Part shown: positions 21,585-30,230 of the stretch, in pieces | Position numbering within the stretch: position 1 is the first letter of the stretch | Layout: each line of letters begins with the position of its first letter | From: a bacterium | GTDB taxonomy: Bacteria > Blakebacterota > Blakebacteria > Blakebacterales > Blakebacteraceae | DNA: 51,497 nt | Assembly (NCBI GenBank): GCA_025774615.1 | Contig: JALGVQ010000004.1 | Coordinates: 1-51,497, forward strand | Reading direction: 5' to 3' | The notes under the pieces: generated by a model | Database searches by the model: none | Told to the model about the DNA's origin: nothing | Seen by the model: the letters and a program-made list of their open reading frames with translations, nothing else | Program-made: the position numbers and the translations under genes

Positions 21585-21665
21585 CTGTTGACGGGTATGG
21601 CCGACCGTGGATTCCCGAACCCCTCTCACGCTACGTTCATTTCCGACGTAGACAGACCGAAACGG

Positions 21666-22310
21666 ATGGAAATGGCTCTTAATCTCGCTGTTCTCGCCTC
21701 TGGTGGAGGGACGAACTTTCAGGCGATACTTGATGCCATCAGCGGAGGAACACTCGACGCGGAAGTCGTACTGGTCGCGAGTAACAGAGAGAACGCGCGT
21801 GCCCTCGAACGGGGAGGGAACGCCGGTGTCAGGGCAGAGCACATCCTGCCGGGAGACGATTACGACGATAGACTGCACGATCTCCTCGAAGAAGCGGCGC
21901 CCGACCTGATCGTGCTGGCCGGCTATATGAAGCTGATCGCGGCGCGCACCGTCCGGCGGTGGAATGGCAGGATGCTGAACATCCACCCGGCACTCCTGCC
22001 CGCATTCGGGGGGAAGGGGATGTACGGGATGCATGTGCATGAAGCTGTGCTGGAGAGCGGTACACGGGTGACCGGTGTGACGGTCCATATCGTCGACGAG
22101 GAATACGATCGGGGGCCGATCATCGCCCAGCTCGCCGTCCCGGTCCTTGATGGCGACACCCCGGAGATGATTCAGCAGAGAGTGCTGAAGAGGGAATATG
22201 ATATCTACCCGAGGGTCATCCAGTGGTTCTCGGAAGGCAGGATCCGCATCGAGGAGGGTCGGGTATTCGGCAGCGAGCCGGACCCGCTCCTGATACAGGA
22301 ACGGAGCTGA
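21666..22310 (+). CDS. purN: Phosphoribosylglycinamide formyltransferase
   Basis: LAVLASGGGTNFQAILDA at the N-terminus and the catalytic NIHPALLP motif. The track ORF starts at 21456, but ATG 21666 (or 21672) gives the canonical N-terminus. An in-frame ATG at 21597 cannot be excluded. Confidence 0.88.
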   Translation: MEMALNLAVLASGGGTNFQAILDAISGGTLDAEVVLVASNRENARALERGGNAGVRAEHILPGDDYDDRLHDLLEEAAPDLIVLAGYMKLIAARTVRRWNGRMLNIHPALLPAFGGKGMYGMHVHEAVLESGTRVTGVTVHIVDEEYDRGPIIAQLAVPVLDGDTPEMIQQRVLKREYDIYPRVIQWFSEGRIRIEEGRVFGSEPDPLLIQERS

Positions 22311-22318
22311 CAACGATA

Positions 22319-23932
22319 ATGGAGTCACAGGGAAACATACCGGTTCGTCGCGCGCTTCTCAGTGTCAGTGACAAGTCAGGGTTGGTGGAGTTCGCCCGGG
22401 GATTGTCGGAGCTGGGGATCTCGCTCATTTCCACCGGTGGTACGCGCACCGTGCTGGAGGACGCGGGGATCGAGGTCGAGGACGTGGCGCAGTTCACCGG
22501 TTCCGAGGAGATGATGGATGGGCGGGTCAAGACACTTCACTCGAAACTCCACGCAGCCCTGCTGGCCCGACGCGACCATGAGGGTGACATGGAGGCTCTG
22601 CAGGAACGGGGATGGGAGACCATCGATCTCGTTGCGGTGAATCTCTATCCATTCGAGGAGAAGGCAATAGGAGAGAGTCTCGACCTGGATGGAGCGACCT
22701 CCTTCATCGATATCGGCGGACCGACGATGCTGAGGGCGGCAGCCAAGAACCAGCGGGGTGTTGTGGTTGTTCCCGATCCAGCCTGGTACGGAACCGTGCT
22801 CGAGGCACTACGGGGTGATGACGGGGTGTCGGTACCTCTCTCCCTCGGCAGGGAGCTGGCTGCCGATGTATTCCGCCGGACCGCACTCTATGACAGCGCG
22901 ATCGCCACGTACCTGCAGGAACTGAATACCTCCGATGACGCCGAAGATGATGAAGAGATGGAACCGACTCCCTTCACAACCGTCCTCATGCCAAGATTCG
23001 AACGGGTGATGATCCTCCGGTACGGAGAGAATCCACATCAGAAGGCGGCCTTCTACCAGGATCCCCTGCGGTCGGGTCCGAATGTGGCCGATGCCGAACA
23101 GCTGGGCGGCAAACAGCTCTCATTCAACAACATAATAGACCTTGAGTCAGCCCTCGGGATCCCCCTCGAGTTCGAGGAGCCGGCATGTGCCCTGATCAAG
23201 CATACCAATCCATGCGGAGCCGGAACCGGATCTGATCTGATCGCCGCGTACGAGAACGCGCTGGCTACCGACCCGGTGTCGGCGTTCGGCGGTCTTGCCG
23301 GGTTCAACCGGACGGTCGACGAGGCTCTTGCCGAAAAGATGATCGATCGTTTCTGGGAAGCGATCATCGCTCCCGGCTTCACGCCGGAAGCGCTCGACAT
23401 CCTGGTGACCAAGAAGAACCTGCGGGTGATGCGATACGATCCTGACGGTAAAAGAGAACTCAGTGGGTCGTACGATTACAAGCGTGTCTACGGCGGGCTC
23501 CTCGTCCAGGAACTCGATGGCGGCTGGGTACCGATGTCGGAGGCCGAGGTCGTCACCGAACGTGAGCCGACCGGGGAGGAACTGATAGCCCTCGAATTCG
23601 GCTGGAAGGTCATCAAGTGGGTCAAGTCGAATGCCATAGTGTATGCCGGCGCGGACCGGACGCTCGGGGTCGGTGCCGGGCAGATGAGCCGTGTCGATAG
23701 CGCTGAGCTGGCGGTGAAGAAGGCACAGAGTGGCGGACTCTCCATCGAGGGATGCGCGATGGCCTCAGATGCTTTCTTCCCGTTCAGGGATGCCGTGGAC
23801 GCCGCGGCCGATGCGGGGGTCAAGGCGATCGTGCAGCCGGGCGGATCGATACGGGATGCAGAAACAATAGAAGCAGCAAACGAACATGGTATTGCCATGC
23901 TCTTCACTCGAATGCGCCATTTCCGCCACTAG
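22319..23932 (+). CDS. purH: Bifunctional AICAR transformylase / IMP cyclohydrolase
   Basis: MGS-like N-terminus (RALLSVSDKSGLVEFA) and the AICARFT domain through to the C-terminal FTRMRHFRH. ATG 22319 lies just after the purN stop. Confidence 0.95.
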   Translation: MESQGNIPVRRALLSVSDKSGLVEFARGLSELGISLISTGGTRTVLEDAGIEVEDVAQFTGSEEMMDGRVKTLHSKLHAALLARRDHEGDMEALQERGWETIDLVAVNLYPFEEKAIGESLDLDGATSFIDIGGPTMLRAAAKNQRGVVVVPDPAWYGTVLEALRGDDGVSVPLSLGRELAADVFRRTALYDSAIATYLQELNTSDDAEDDEEMEPTPFTTVLMPRFERVMILRYGENPHQKAAFYQDPLRSGPNVADAEQLGGKQLSFNNIIDLESALGIPLEFEEPACALIKHTNPCGAGTGSDLIAAYENALATDPVSAFGGLAGFNRTVDEALAEKMIDRFWEAIIAPGFTPEALDILVTKKNLRVMRYDPDGKRELSGSYDYKRVYGGLLVQELDGGWVPMSEAEVVTEREPTGEELIALEFGWKVIKWVKSNAIVYAGADRTLGVGAGQMSRVDSAELAVKKAQSGGLSIEGCAMASDAFFPFRDAVDAAADAGVKAIVQPGGSIRDAETIEAANEHGIAMLFTRMRHFRH

Positions 23933-23956
23933 CAGAGGACCGGAACAGTGGGTTTC

Positions 23957-24982
23957 ATGTTCAGAGAATTCTTCGCCAATGACGTCGGTATCGACCTTGG
24001 GACCGCGAACACCCTCGTCTATGTGCGCGGGAAGGGCATAGTGGTGAATGAGCCTTCCATCGTCGCTGTGGACAGGCAGACACAGCGGGTTCTGGCGATC
24101 GGGTATGAGGCCAAGGAGATGCTTGGAAGGACTCCTGAGGATGTCATGACGATCCGTCCCCTCAAGGATGGTGTGATCGCTGATTTCGAGAAGACCGAAG
24201 AGATGCTCCGCGCGTTCATCCGGAAAGTGCAGAACAGCCGCATCTTCGGCCGTCCCCGCATCGTCATCTGTGTGCCTTCAGGGATCACCGAAGTGGAGAA
24301 GCGTGCGGTTCGGGATTCTGCCGAGTCAGCGGGGGCCAGGGAGGTATTCCTGATCGCCGAGCCGATGGCTGCAGCAATCGGGATCGGTCTTCCGGTCGAA
24401 ATGCCGGTCGGCAACATGGTCATCGATGTTGGTGGAGGAACCAGTGAGATCGCGGTGATCGCCCTTTCCGGCATCGTGACATCGACGAGTATCCGGGTCG
24501 GGGGTGATGCGATGGACCGGGCGATCGTGCAGTTCCTGAAGAAGAAGTACAACCTCCTGATCGGGGAGCGGACCGCCGAGCAGATAAAGATCGAGATCGC
24601 GTCAGCGGTCAAACTCGATCCACCCCTCGAGACGCGGGTCAAGGGTCGCGATCTGGTAGGGGGCATACCGAAAACCATCATCCTCTCCAGTGATGAAGTG
24701 AGAGAGGCGCTGGCCGAGCCGATCTCACAGATCATCGATGGCGTCAGGATCAGTCTCGAGCGTACCCCGCCGGAGCTGGCGGCGGACATCCTCGATCGGG
24801 GCATCATCCTCAGTGGAGGCGGCGGGCTTCTCCGAGGTCTCGATCAGAGACTCCGTGATGAGACGAATCTGCCGATCAATGTTGTCGAGGATCCACTCAC
24901 GTGTGTGGTTCGCGGAACCGGGAAGGTGCTTGAGAATCTCCCCGATTATATGAAAATGCTCATGAAGGGGAATCGCAGGTGA
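23957..24982 (+). CDS. mreB: Rod shape-determining protein MreB
   Basis: Actin-fold motifs (GIDLGTANTLVY, DVGGGTSE). GTG 23948 is an alternative start. Confidence 0.95.
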   Translation: MFREFFANDVGIDLGTANTLVYVRGKGIVVNEPSIVAVDRQTQRVLAIGYEAKEMLGRTPEDVMTIRPLKDGVIADFEKTEEMLRAFIRKVQNSRIFGRPRIVICVPSGITEVEKRAVRDSAESAGAREVFLIAEPMAAAIGIGLPVEMPVGNMVIDVGGGTSEIAVIALSGIVTSTSIRVGGDAMDRAIVQFLKKKYNLLIGERTAEQIKIEIASAVKLDPPLETRVKGRDLVGGIPKTIILSSDEVREALAEPISQIIDGVRISLERTPPELAADILDRGIILSGGGGLLRGLDQRLRDETNLPINVVEDPLTCVVRGTGKVLENLPDYMKMLMKGNRR

Positions 24983-25012
24983 TCTGTTCTCCGCAGTGGA
25001 GAGGGGCTTGAA

Positions 25013-25810
25013 GTGCCCCGCCTTGGAGGGCGACTCCACGGCCGCCGGGATGAACTGACGCTCGCGATCCTGCTTCTTGTCGGTGCGGTCCTGGCCGCGG
25101 CGCCACAGACCTCTACAGCACCGGTCATCCACAGCATCCTTTCAAGAGGCAACGCGTTATTCGACAGCATGTTCGGCTGGACTTTCGAACTGTCCAATAC
25201 GTACCGGGATAATGTCGACCTGCGGCATCAGGTGGCCGAGCTCTCCCTCGCCAATACCCAGATGGAAGAAGTGCGTCTGCAGAATGAACGGTTCCGGGCA
25301 CTCCTGGACTGGGAGGGTGAGCGTCGTTCAGAGATCCTGACCGGTGCCGAAGTGATAGCTCACGGTGATGGCAGACAATCGTTCGCGGTCACCATCTCGG
25401 TCGGGTCTAGAGATGGCGTGAGACGGAACCAGGCTGTGGTAACCGCCGATGGACTGGTGGGAAGGATCGACCGGGAACCGGGCAGCAGCACATCGCTCGT
25501 GAGTCTCCTGAACGACCCTGCCAACGCGGTCGCGGCGGTCGTTCAGCGGAGTCGCGTGCAGGGGGTCTTCCAGTTCGCCGGAGATGAAGGACGGCTTTTT
25601 CACGTCCTGCAGGCAGCTGATGTGCTCAGTGGTGATGTCATCATCTCGAGCGGGTTGGGTGGTGTGTATCCTGAAGGGTTGATGATCGGCACGGTCATGT
25701 CGGTCTCCGATGATCGTGACGGGGTGTCGTTGAAGATCGTCGTGGCAACCTCTGCAGCGCTGGACAGGCTGGAGGAGGTCTTCATCCTGCGCTCCGGTAA
25801 TGGAGGATGA
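25013..25810 (+). CDS. mreC: Rod shape-determining protein MreC
   Basis: N-terminal TM segment, a coiled-coil segment (LRHQVAELSLANTQMEEVRLQNERFRALL) and MreC beta-barrel motifs (VVTADGLVGRI, GGVYPEGLMIGTV). Follows mreB. Confidence 0.85.
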   Translation: MPRLGGRLHGRRDELTLAILLLVGAVLAAAPQTSTAPVIHSILSRGNALFDSMFGWTFELSNTYRDNVDLRHQVAELSLANTQMEEVRLQNERFRALLDWEGERRSEILTGAEVIAHGDGRQSFAVTISVGSRDGVRRNQAVVTADGLVGRIDREPGSSTSLVSLLNDPANAVAAVVQRSRVQGVFQFAGDEGRLFHVLQAADVLSGDVIISSGLGGVYPEGLMIGTVMSVSDDRDGVSLKIVVATSAALDRLEEVFILRSGNGG

Positions 25811-26304
25811 ACCGGATCTTCCGATATCTCTTCTTCGGGCTGGCCGCCGTTGTTCTCCAGACCTACCTCGTGCCCTCAGTCGGGATCGGCGGGCAGCGGC
25901 CCGACCTGATCGTCGTTTTCGCGCTGACCGTCGGAGTATTCGAGGGCTCTTCCGGGGGGAGCCTTGCCGGCTTTCTGGCCGGGCTCGCGGCAGATCTCTA
26001 TCATCCGCCGACCTTCGGGGCAGGCGCGATGGCCGGAACCGTTGCCGGATATCTGGGTGGCTGGGCACAGACCTTTTTCGATCTCGATCACGCCCTCAAC
26101 CAGCTGATGGCATATGCCGGCGCCCATGCCGCGCATACAGCGCTCTTTGCGATCGTTGCCTCACTGCAGGGAACAGGACCGGTATTGAAGCTCTTCTTCG
26201 CCAACGGTATCGGTGGGGCAGTTTACACCTCGCTGGCGGGAGCGACCCTGCTGATGGTTGTCGGGCTGATCCGCGGGAAGAAGCACATCGTTGACAGGCG
26301 ATGA
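25807..26304 (+). CDS. mreD: Rod shape-determining protein MreD
   Basis: 165-aa polytopic membrane protein (VVLQTYLVPSV...RPDLIVVFAL) in the canonical mreBCD position. ATGA overlap with mreC. Confidence 0.75.
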   Translation: MNRIFRYLFFGLAAVVLQTYLVPSVGIGGQRPDLIVVFALTVGVFEGSSGGSLAGFLAGLAADLYHPPTFGAGAMAGTVAGYLGGWAQTFFDLDHALNQLMAYAGAHAAHTALFAIVASLQGTGPVLKLFFANGIGGAVYTSLAGATLLMVVGLIRGKKHIVDRR

Positions 26305-28129
26305 CGCGCAGGAAAAGCGCTGGAGAGCCTCGCTGCTCTTCGGGGGATACGGGCTGGTTCTTCTCTTCCTCTTCCTCAGGGTAGGACACCTCCAGATCGC
26401 CCGGCACGATGTGCTGGCTGCGCTCAGCGACCAGAACCGCCTCAGACCAACGGTGGAACAACCGGTACGGGGGAGGATATACGACCGGGAGGGGCGCCTG
26501 ATCGTGGATAATCGCATCTCCTGGACCGTGAGCGTGAGCCCCCAGGATTTCAGGGATAACGATTCGGTCATCACGGAGGTGGCCGGCATCCTCGGCATTC
26601 CCGTTTCCAGGATCGAAGAACGGCTTCAGCAGCGGAAGGGGCATCTCTATACACCGGTGCCTATCGCCCGGGACGTCTCCTTCGATGTGGTGGCTCGACT
26701 GAGCGAGCGGAGACCGGACCTTCCGGGAGTCGCCATACAGATGGAGCCGAGACGCCGGTATCCCTTCGGCATGAGCGCGGCGCACATCCTCGGATATCTC
26801 CGGGAGATCGATGACACCGAACTCGCCGTCAGGCAGAGCAATGGTGAGGATTACATATTCGGCGACCTGGTCGGCAAGGAGGGTCTTGAGCGGTCGCATG
26901 AATCCGAGCTTAGAGGATCGAAGGGTGTCCATTATCTGGAGGTCGATGCCAGGGGTCGGACCATCGGCCGGGCGGCGGATCGATCGGGTCCGTCGGCGAT
27001 ACAGGGCAGTGACCTGATCACCACGATCGATATCGGGCTGCAACAGACAGCTGAAGCGGCGTTCCACGACACGGCTCGCGGAGCGGTCATTGCGATGGAC
27101 CCGCGCGATGGAGCGCTCCTGGTACTGGCGAGCGTGCCCTCATTCGACCCCCGTGATTTCAGTGGTGTACTCGAAGCCGCCATGTGGGACAGCCTGAACA
27201 ACGACGAGAGGAAGCCCCTGATAAATCGGCCGATCGCCGGACTGTATCCGCCTGCTTCTGCCTTCAAGGCCGTCACCACTCTGGCTGGCTTCGACCAGGG
27301 AGTGATCGATCTGACAACGACCTTCGACCCGTGTGTACCGGGAGGATGGAGACTGGGGAACAGGTACTTCCATTGCTGGAACGAGACACATGGAAGCCTG
27401 AGTGTCGTGGGCGCGATCGAGCAGTCATGTGATGTCTTTTTCTATCAGGTCGGTGTGGAAGTGGGGCTCAGGCCCCTGAGCCGCATGGCCGGGGCGTTCG
27501 GCCTCGGTGAAGTGACCGGGTTGCGCCTCCACGGGGAGGTGGCAGGTTTGTTCCCGGATGCAGCCTATTACGACCGGACGATCGGGCAGGGTCAGTGGGT
27601 GGAGGAGGGGCAGGTCATCAACCTCGCGATCGGACAGGGCGAGATACTGGTCACCCCCCTGCAGATGGCGCGCCTCACCGCAGCCATAGCCAACGGCGGA
27701 GCTCTCGTCACCCCCTACCTGGCAGCATTCACGCAGAGACCTGGTACCGAAGATCGCACGGCCATCAGTCAGTCACCTCCGCGTACCATCAGTGCGCTCG
27801 ATCCCGCCGTGCTCGATATCGTTCGTGAGGGGATGGTGCGGGTCGTTCACGGAGAGAATGGAACCGCAAAGAACGTGGCATGGCGGGCGCCGGGAATCAC
27901 TGTCGCAGGCAAGACCGGAACGGGGCAGAATCCGCACGGTGAAAATCACGCATGGTTCACCTGCTTCGCGCCGGCGGATGATCCGCAGATCGTGGTGACC
28001 GTTCTTGTTGAGAACGGAGGGGGCGGGAGCGCGGTGGCTGCGCCTATCGCCGCAGCGATCCTGAAGGCCTGGTTCGACGCGCATCCGCTGAGTGGTCAGG
28101 ATGTGAGTGGTTCAGGGCGGTTGCCATGA
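26291..28129 (+). CDS. mrdA: Penicillin-binding protein 2 (elongasome transpeptidase)
   Basis: PBP dimerisation domain plus the transpeptidase motifs SAFK (SxxK), SCD (SxN-type) and KTGT. TTG start overlaps the end of mreD. Followed by rodA. Confidence 0.9.
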   Translation: MTGDDAQEKRWRASLLFGGYGLVLLFLFLRVGHLQIARHDVLAALSDQNRLRPTVEQPVRGRIYDREGRLIVDNRISWTVSVSPQDFRDNDSVITEVAGILGIPVSRIEERLQQRKGHLYTPVPIARDVSFDVVARLSERRPDLPGVAIQMEPRRRYPFGMSAAHILGYLREIDDTELAVRQSNGEDYIFGDLVGKEGLERSHESELRGSKGVHYLEVDARGRTIGRAADRSGPSAIQGSDLITTIDIGLQQTAEAAFHDTARGAVIAMDPRDGALLVLASVPSFDPRDFSGVLEAAMWDSLNNDERKPLINRPIAGLYPPASAFKAVTTLAGFDQGVIDLTTTFDPCVPGGWRLGNRYFHCWNETHGSLSVVGAIEQSCDVFFYQVGVEVGLRPLSRMAGAFGLGEVTGLRLHGEVAGLFPDAAYYDRTIGQGQWVEEGQVINLAIGQGEILVTPLQMARLTAAIANGGALVTPYLAAFTQRPGTEDRTAISQSPPRTISALDPAVLDIVREGMVRVVHGENGTAKNVAWRAPGITVAGKTGTGQNPHGENHAWFTCFAPADDPQIVVTVLVENGGGGSAVAAPIAAAILKAWFDAHPLSGQDVSGSGRLP

Positions 28130-29373
28130 CGGGCCGGCGGGGCGGATCGCTCATGCTCCAGCGTGATTTCGATCACATCCTCTTCCTCAGCGTGATGGGA
28201 CTCGTGCTGATCGGCATCGCCTTCGTCTATTCAGCGACCGTGGAGAACACGCAGGTGGCTGCGCCCCTGCATACACGACAGGCGCTCTGGGCCCTGGCAG
28301 GAGTGATCGCGATCGTGGTCTCGATCAGACTCCCCATACAGTTCTATTTCGGAGCGTCGTACATTCTCTTCATCGCAGTCATACTCGTCCTCATGGCACT
28401 GCTCGTAGTCGGGGGGGGGGAGGGGGGGCGGTGGTTCGCGTTATCGAGCGGTGTGCGCATCCAGCCGAGCATCCAGCCGAGCGAGCCGGCTAAGATCGTG
28501 CTGGTGCTCGCGGTCGCGCGGTACCTCTCAGGCAGGCTCGTGAATTTCAAACGGGCCCGCGATTTTCTGATACCGCTGGGGTTGGCATTCATTCCGTTCG
28601 TACTCGTGATGCGTCAGCCCGACCTCGGGACCGGCATGATATTCCCGATGATAATCATTCCCATGCTCTACTGGAAGGGCCTGCCGATCTGGATCATCTT
28701 CCTGCTCTGTACGCCGATATTGAGCGTGGTCACCGCCTTCTCTCCGGAAACGTGGGGAGTGGCCATGTTCATCATCGGCCTGGTGGTGTGGCGGAAAAAA
28801 GTCAAACCGGGGCTGGCCATACTGGTGATCCTCGTCAATATCGTGCTCGGTATCCTGACGCCGGTTGTATGGGACAACCTCCATGAATACCAGCAGAACA
28901 GGATATCGACCTTCGTCAATCCCCAGAACGATCCTCTCGGTGCGGGGTACCAGATCATCCAGTCGACGGTGGCCGTGGGCTCCGGCGGTCTGACGGGGAA
29001 GGGATATCTGCAGGGGACGCAGACAAAACTGAATTTCCTGCCCGAACAGCATACCGACTTCATCTACAGCGTGATCGCGGAGGAGACGGGTATGCTGGGC
29101 GCCCTCATAGTCCTGCTCCTGTTCGCGGTGGTTCTCCAGCGGACGCTCAAGGCCGCGACTGAAGTCAGGAACACCTTCGCGGGGCTTGTTATCGCCGGGG
29201 CTTCCGGGATCTTGTTCGCGCATATCGTGATCAATATCGGCATGTCCCTCGGATTGTTGCCCATTACCGGGTTGCCGCTTCCCTTCATCAGTTACGGAGG
29301 TTCACACCTTCTCAGCATGATGCTCCTGGTCGGCATCGTGCTTGGTCTGCGCCTGCGCTGGATGGAATACTAG
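28126..29373 (+). CDS. rodA: Peptidoglycan glycosyltransferase RodA (SEDS family)
   Basis: FtsW/RodA/SpoVE family motifs (QPSEPAKI, TDFIYSVIAEE, PFISYGGS). ATGA overlap with mrdA. Confidence 0.9.
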   Translation: MTGRRGGSLMLQRDFDHILFLSVMGLVLIGIAFVYSATVENTQVAAPLHTRQALWALAGVIAIVVSIRLPIQFYFGASYILFIAVILVLMALLVVGGGEGGRWFALSSGVRIQPSIQPSEPAKIVLVLAVARYLSGRLVNFKRARDFLIPLGLAFIPFVLVMRQPDLGTGMIFPMIIIPMLYWKGLPIWIIFLLCTPILSVVTAFSPETWGVAMFIIGLVVWRKKVKPGLAILVILVNIVLGILTPVVWDNLHEYQQNRISTFVNPQNDPLGAGYQIIQSTVAVGSGGLTGKGYLQGTQTKLNFLPEQHTDFIYSVIAEETGMLGALIVLLLFAVVLQRTLKAATEVRNTFAGLVIAGASGILFAHIVINIGMSLGLLPITGLPLPFISYGGSHLLSMMLLVGIVLGLRLRWMEY

Positions 29374-29400
29374 GTGCGCTGCCACGTGACAGGACACTAG

Positions 29401-30216
29401 ATGTTTCCCGAACTCCTGCGGCTGGGCCCGATAGTCCTGCGCAGTTACGGGTTCATGATGGCCCTCGGTTTCGCTGTCGGCGGGTGGTGGCTCGTGCGTC
29501 GCGGGATGAAGAAGGGATTCCCCGCACACCGGATGCTCGATCTCCTTATCGCGATTGTGATCTCAGGCCTGGTGGGCTCGCGCATCCTCTATGTGCTGAC
29601 CCATCTCCCGGCATTCTCTGGTGCCTGGTGGCACGCGTTCTGGCCGATCCAGGCCGATGGCACTATCGGTATGCAGGGTTTCGTCTTTTACGGCGGACTC
29701 CTTGCGGGCCTGCCGGTAGCGGCCTGGCTCACGAGGCGCTGGAAGATGGCTCCGCTCCGTGTGCTCGACGCAGCGGCACCACCTCTGGCCCTGGGAACCG
29801 CTCTGGGTCGGATGGGGTGTTTCCTGAACGGATGCTGTTTCGGGAAGCCGACCGAATCCCCGCTCGGGGTGGTGTTTCCCGACGAATGTCTGGCGGGTTC
29901 GATGTTCACGGGAATTCCGATACATCCGACACAACTCTATATCACCTTCGACTCTCTGCTTATCATGGTGGCGCTCGTGTGGATGGAGCGAAAGAGGCGG
30001 ATGTTTGACGGTGCCGTGATCGGGACGTATCTTATCATGATTGGACTGCTGAGGAGCGTGGAAGACTTTTTCCGTTATTATGAATCCGGGATGCAGGCGT
30101 TTTCCCTGTTTGGTGTGACGGTGTCGGTAAATCACCTGATCAGTCTGGGATGCATCGCCGGCGGGATACTGATCATCCGACAGTACCGTTCCCATGTTCC
30201 TGATCCACTGGATTGA
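29401..30216 (+). CDS. lgt: Prolipoprotein diacylglyceryl transferase
   Basis: Lgt family pattern: YGFMMALGF at the N-terminus, GRMGCFLNGCCFGKPT, and HPTQLY. Confidence 0.9.
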   Translation: MFPELLRLGPIVLRSYGFMMALGFAVGGWWLVRRGMKKGFPAHRMLDLLIAIVISGLVGSRILYVLTHLPAFSGAWWHAFWPIQADGTIGMQGFVFYGGLLAGLPVAAWLTRRWKMAPLRVLDAAAPPLALGTALGRMGCFLNGCCFGKPTESPLGVVFPDECLAGSMFTGIPIHPTQLYITFDSLLIMVALVWMERKRRMFDGAVIGTYLIMIGLLRSVEDFFRYYESGMQAFSLFGVTVSVNHLISLGCIAGGILIIRQYRSHVPDPLD

Positions 30217-30230
30217 AAAGGAATAATTGT

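Noticed and set aside
21610-21625. A PurBox-like sequence (ATTCCCGAACCCC) upstream of purN, plus GTA-N8-TAT (NtcA-like) near 21336..21349.
   Set aside because: Each is a single degenerate half-match with no inverted partner at the required spacing. Firmicute PurR and cyanobacterial NtcA are lineage-specific regulators with no other support here.
21560-21665. A ZTP (pfl) riboswitch upstream of purN. The idea came from the gene context and from GCGUGACAGGGCA resembling the conserved GUGACUGGCG.
   Set aside because: I could not find the obligatory 3' subdomain (CCGCCUGGGC-like pseudoknot partner) or a convincing P1/P2 architecture. The same sequence also precedes glnB, which is not a ZTP-regulon gene. 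An Rfam cmscan (RF01750) would settle it.
21634-21675. A glutamine riboswitch (glnA RNA) resemblance: CGUUCAU...GACGUAGACAG...GGAAAUG.
   Set aside because: Only short fragments resemble the remembered consensus (CGUUCA, ACGGAAGUAGG, GGAACG). The region is too short for the three-stem fold, and that class is known from cyanobacterial and marine sequences. I retained it only as generic alternative hairpins (see findings).
21456-22318. The track's N-terminal extensions of purN (from 21456) and purH (from 22223).
   Set aside because: The extensions are Arg/Gly-rich and unlike the families' N-termini. For purH the extension overlaps the purN coding region. Internal ATGs at 21666 and 22319 give canonical N-termini.
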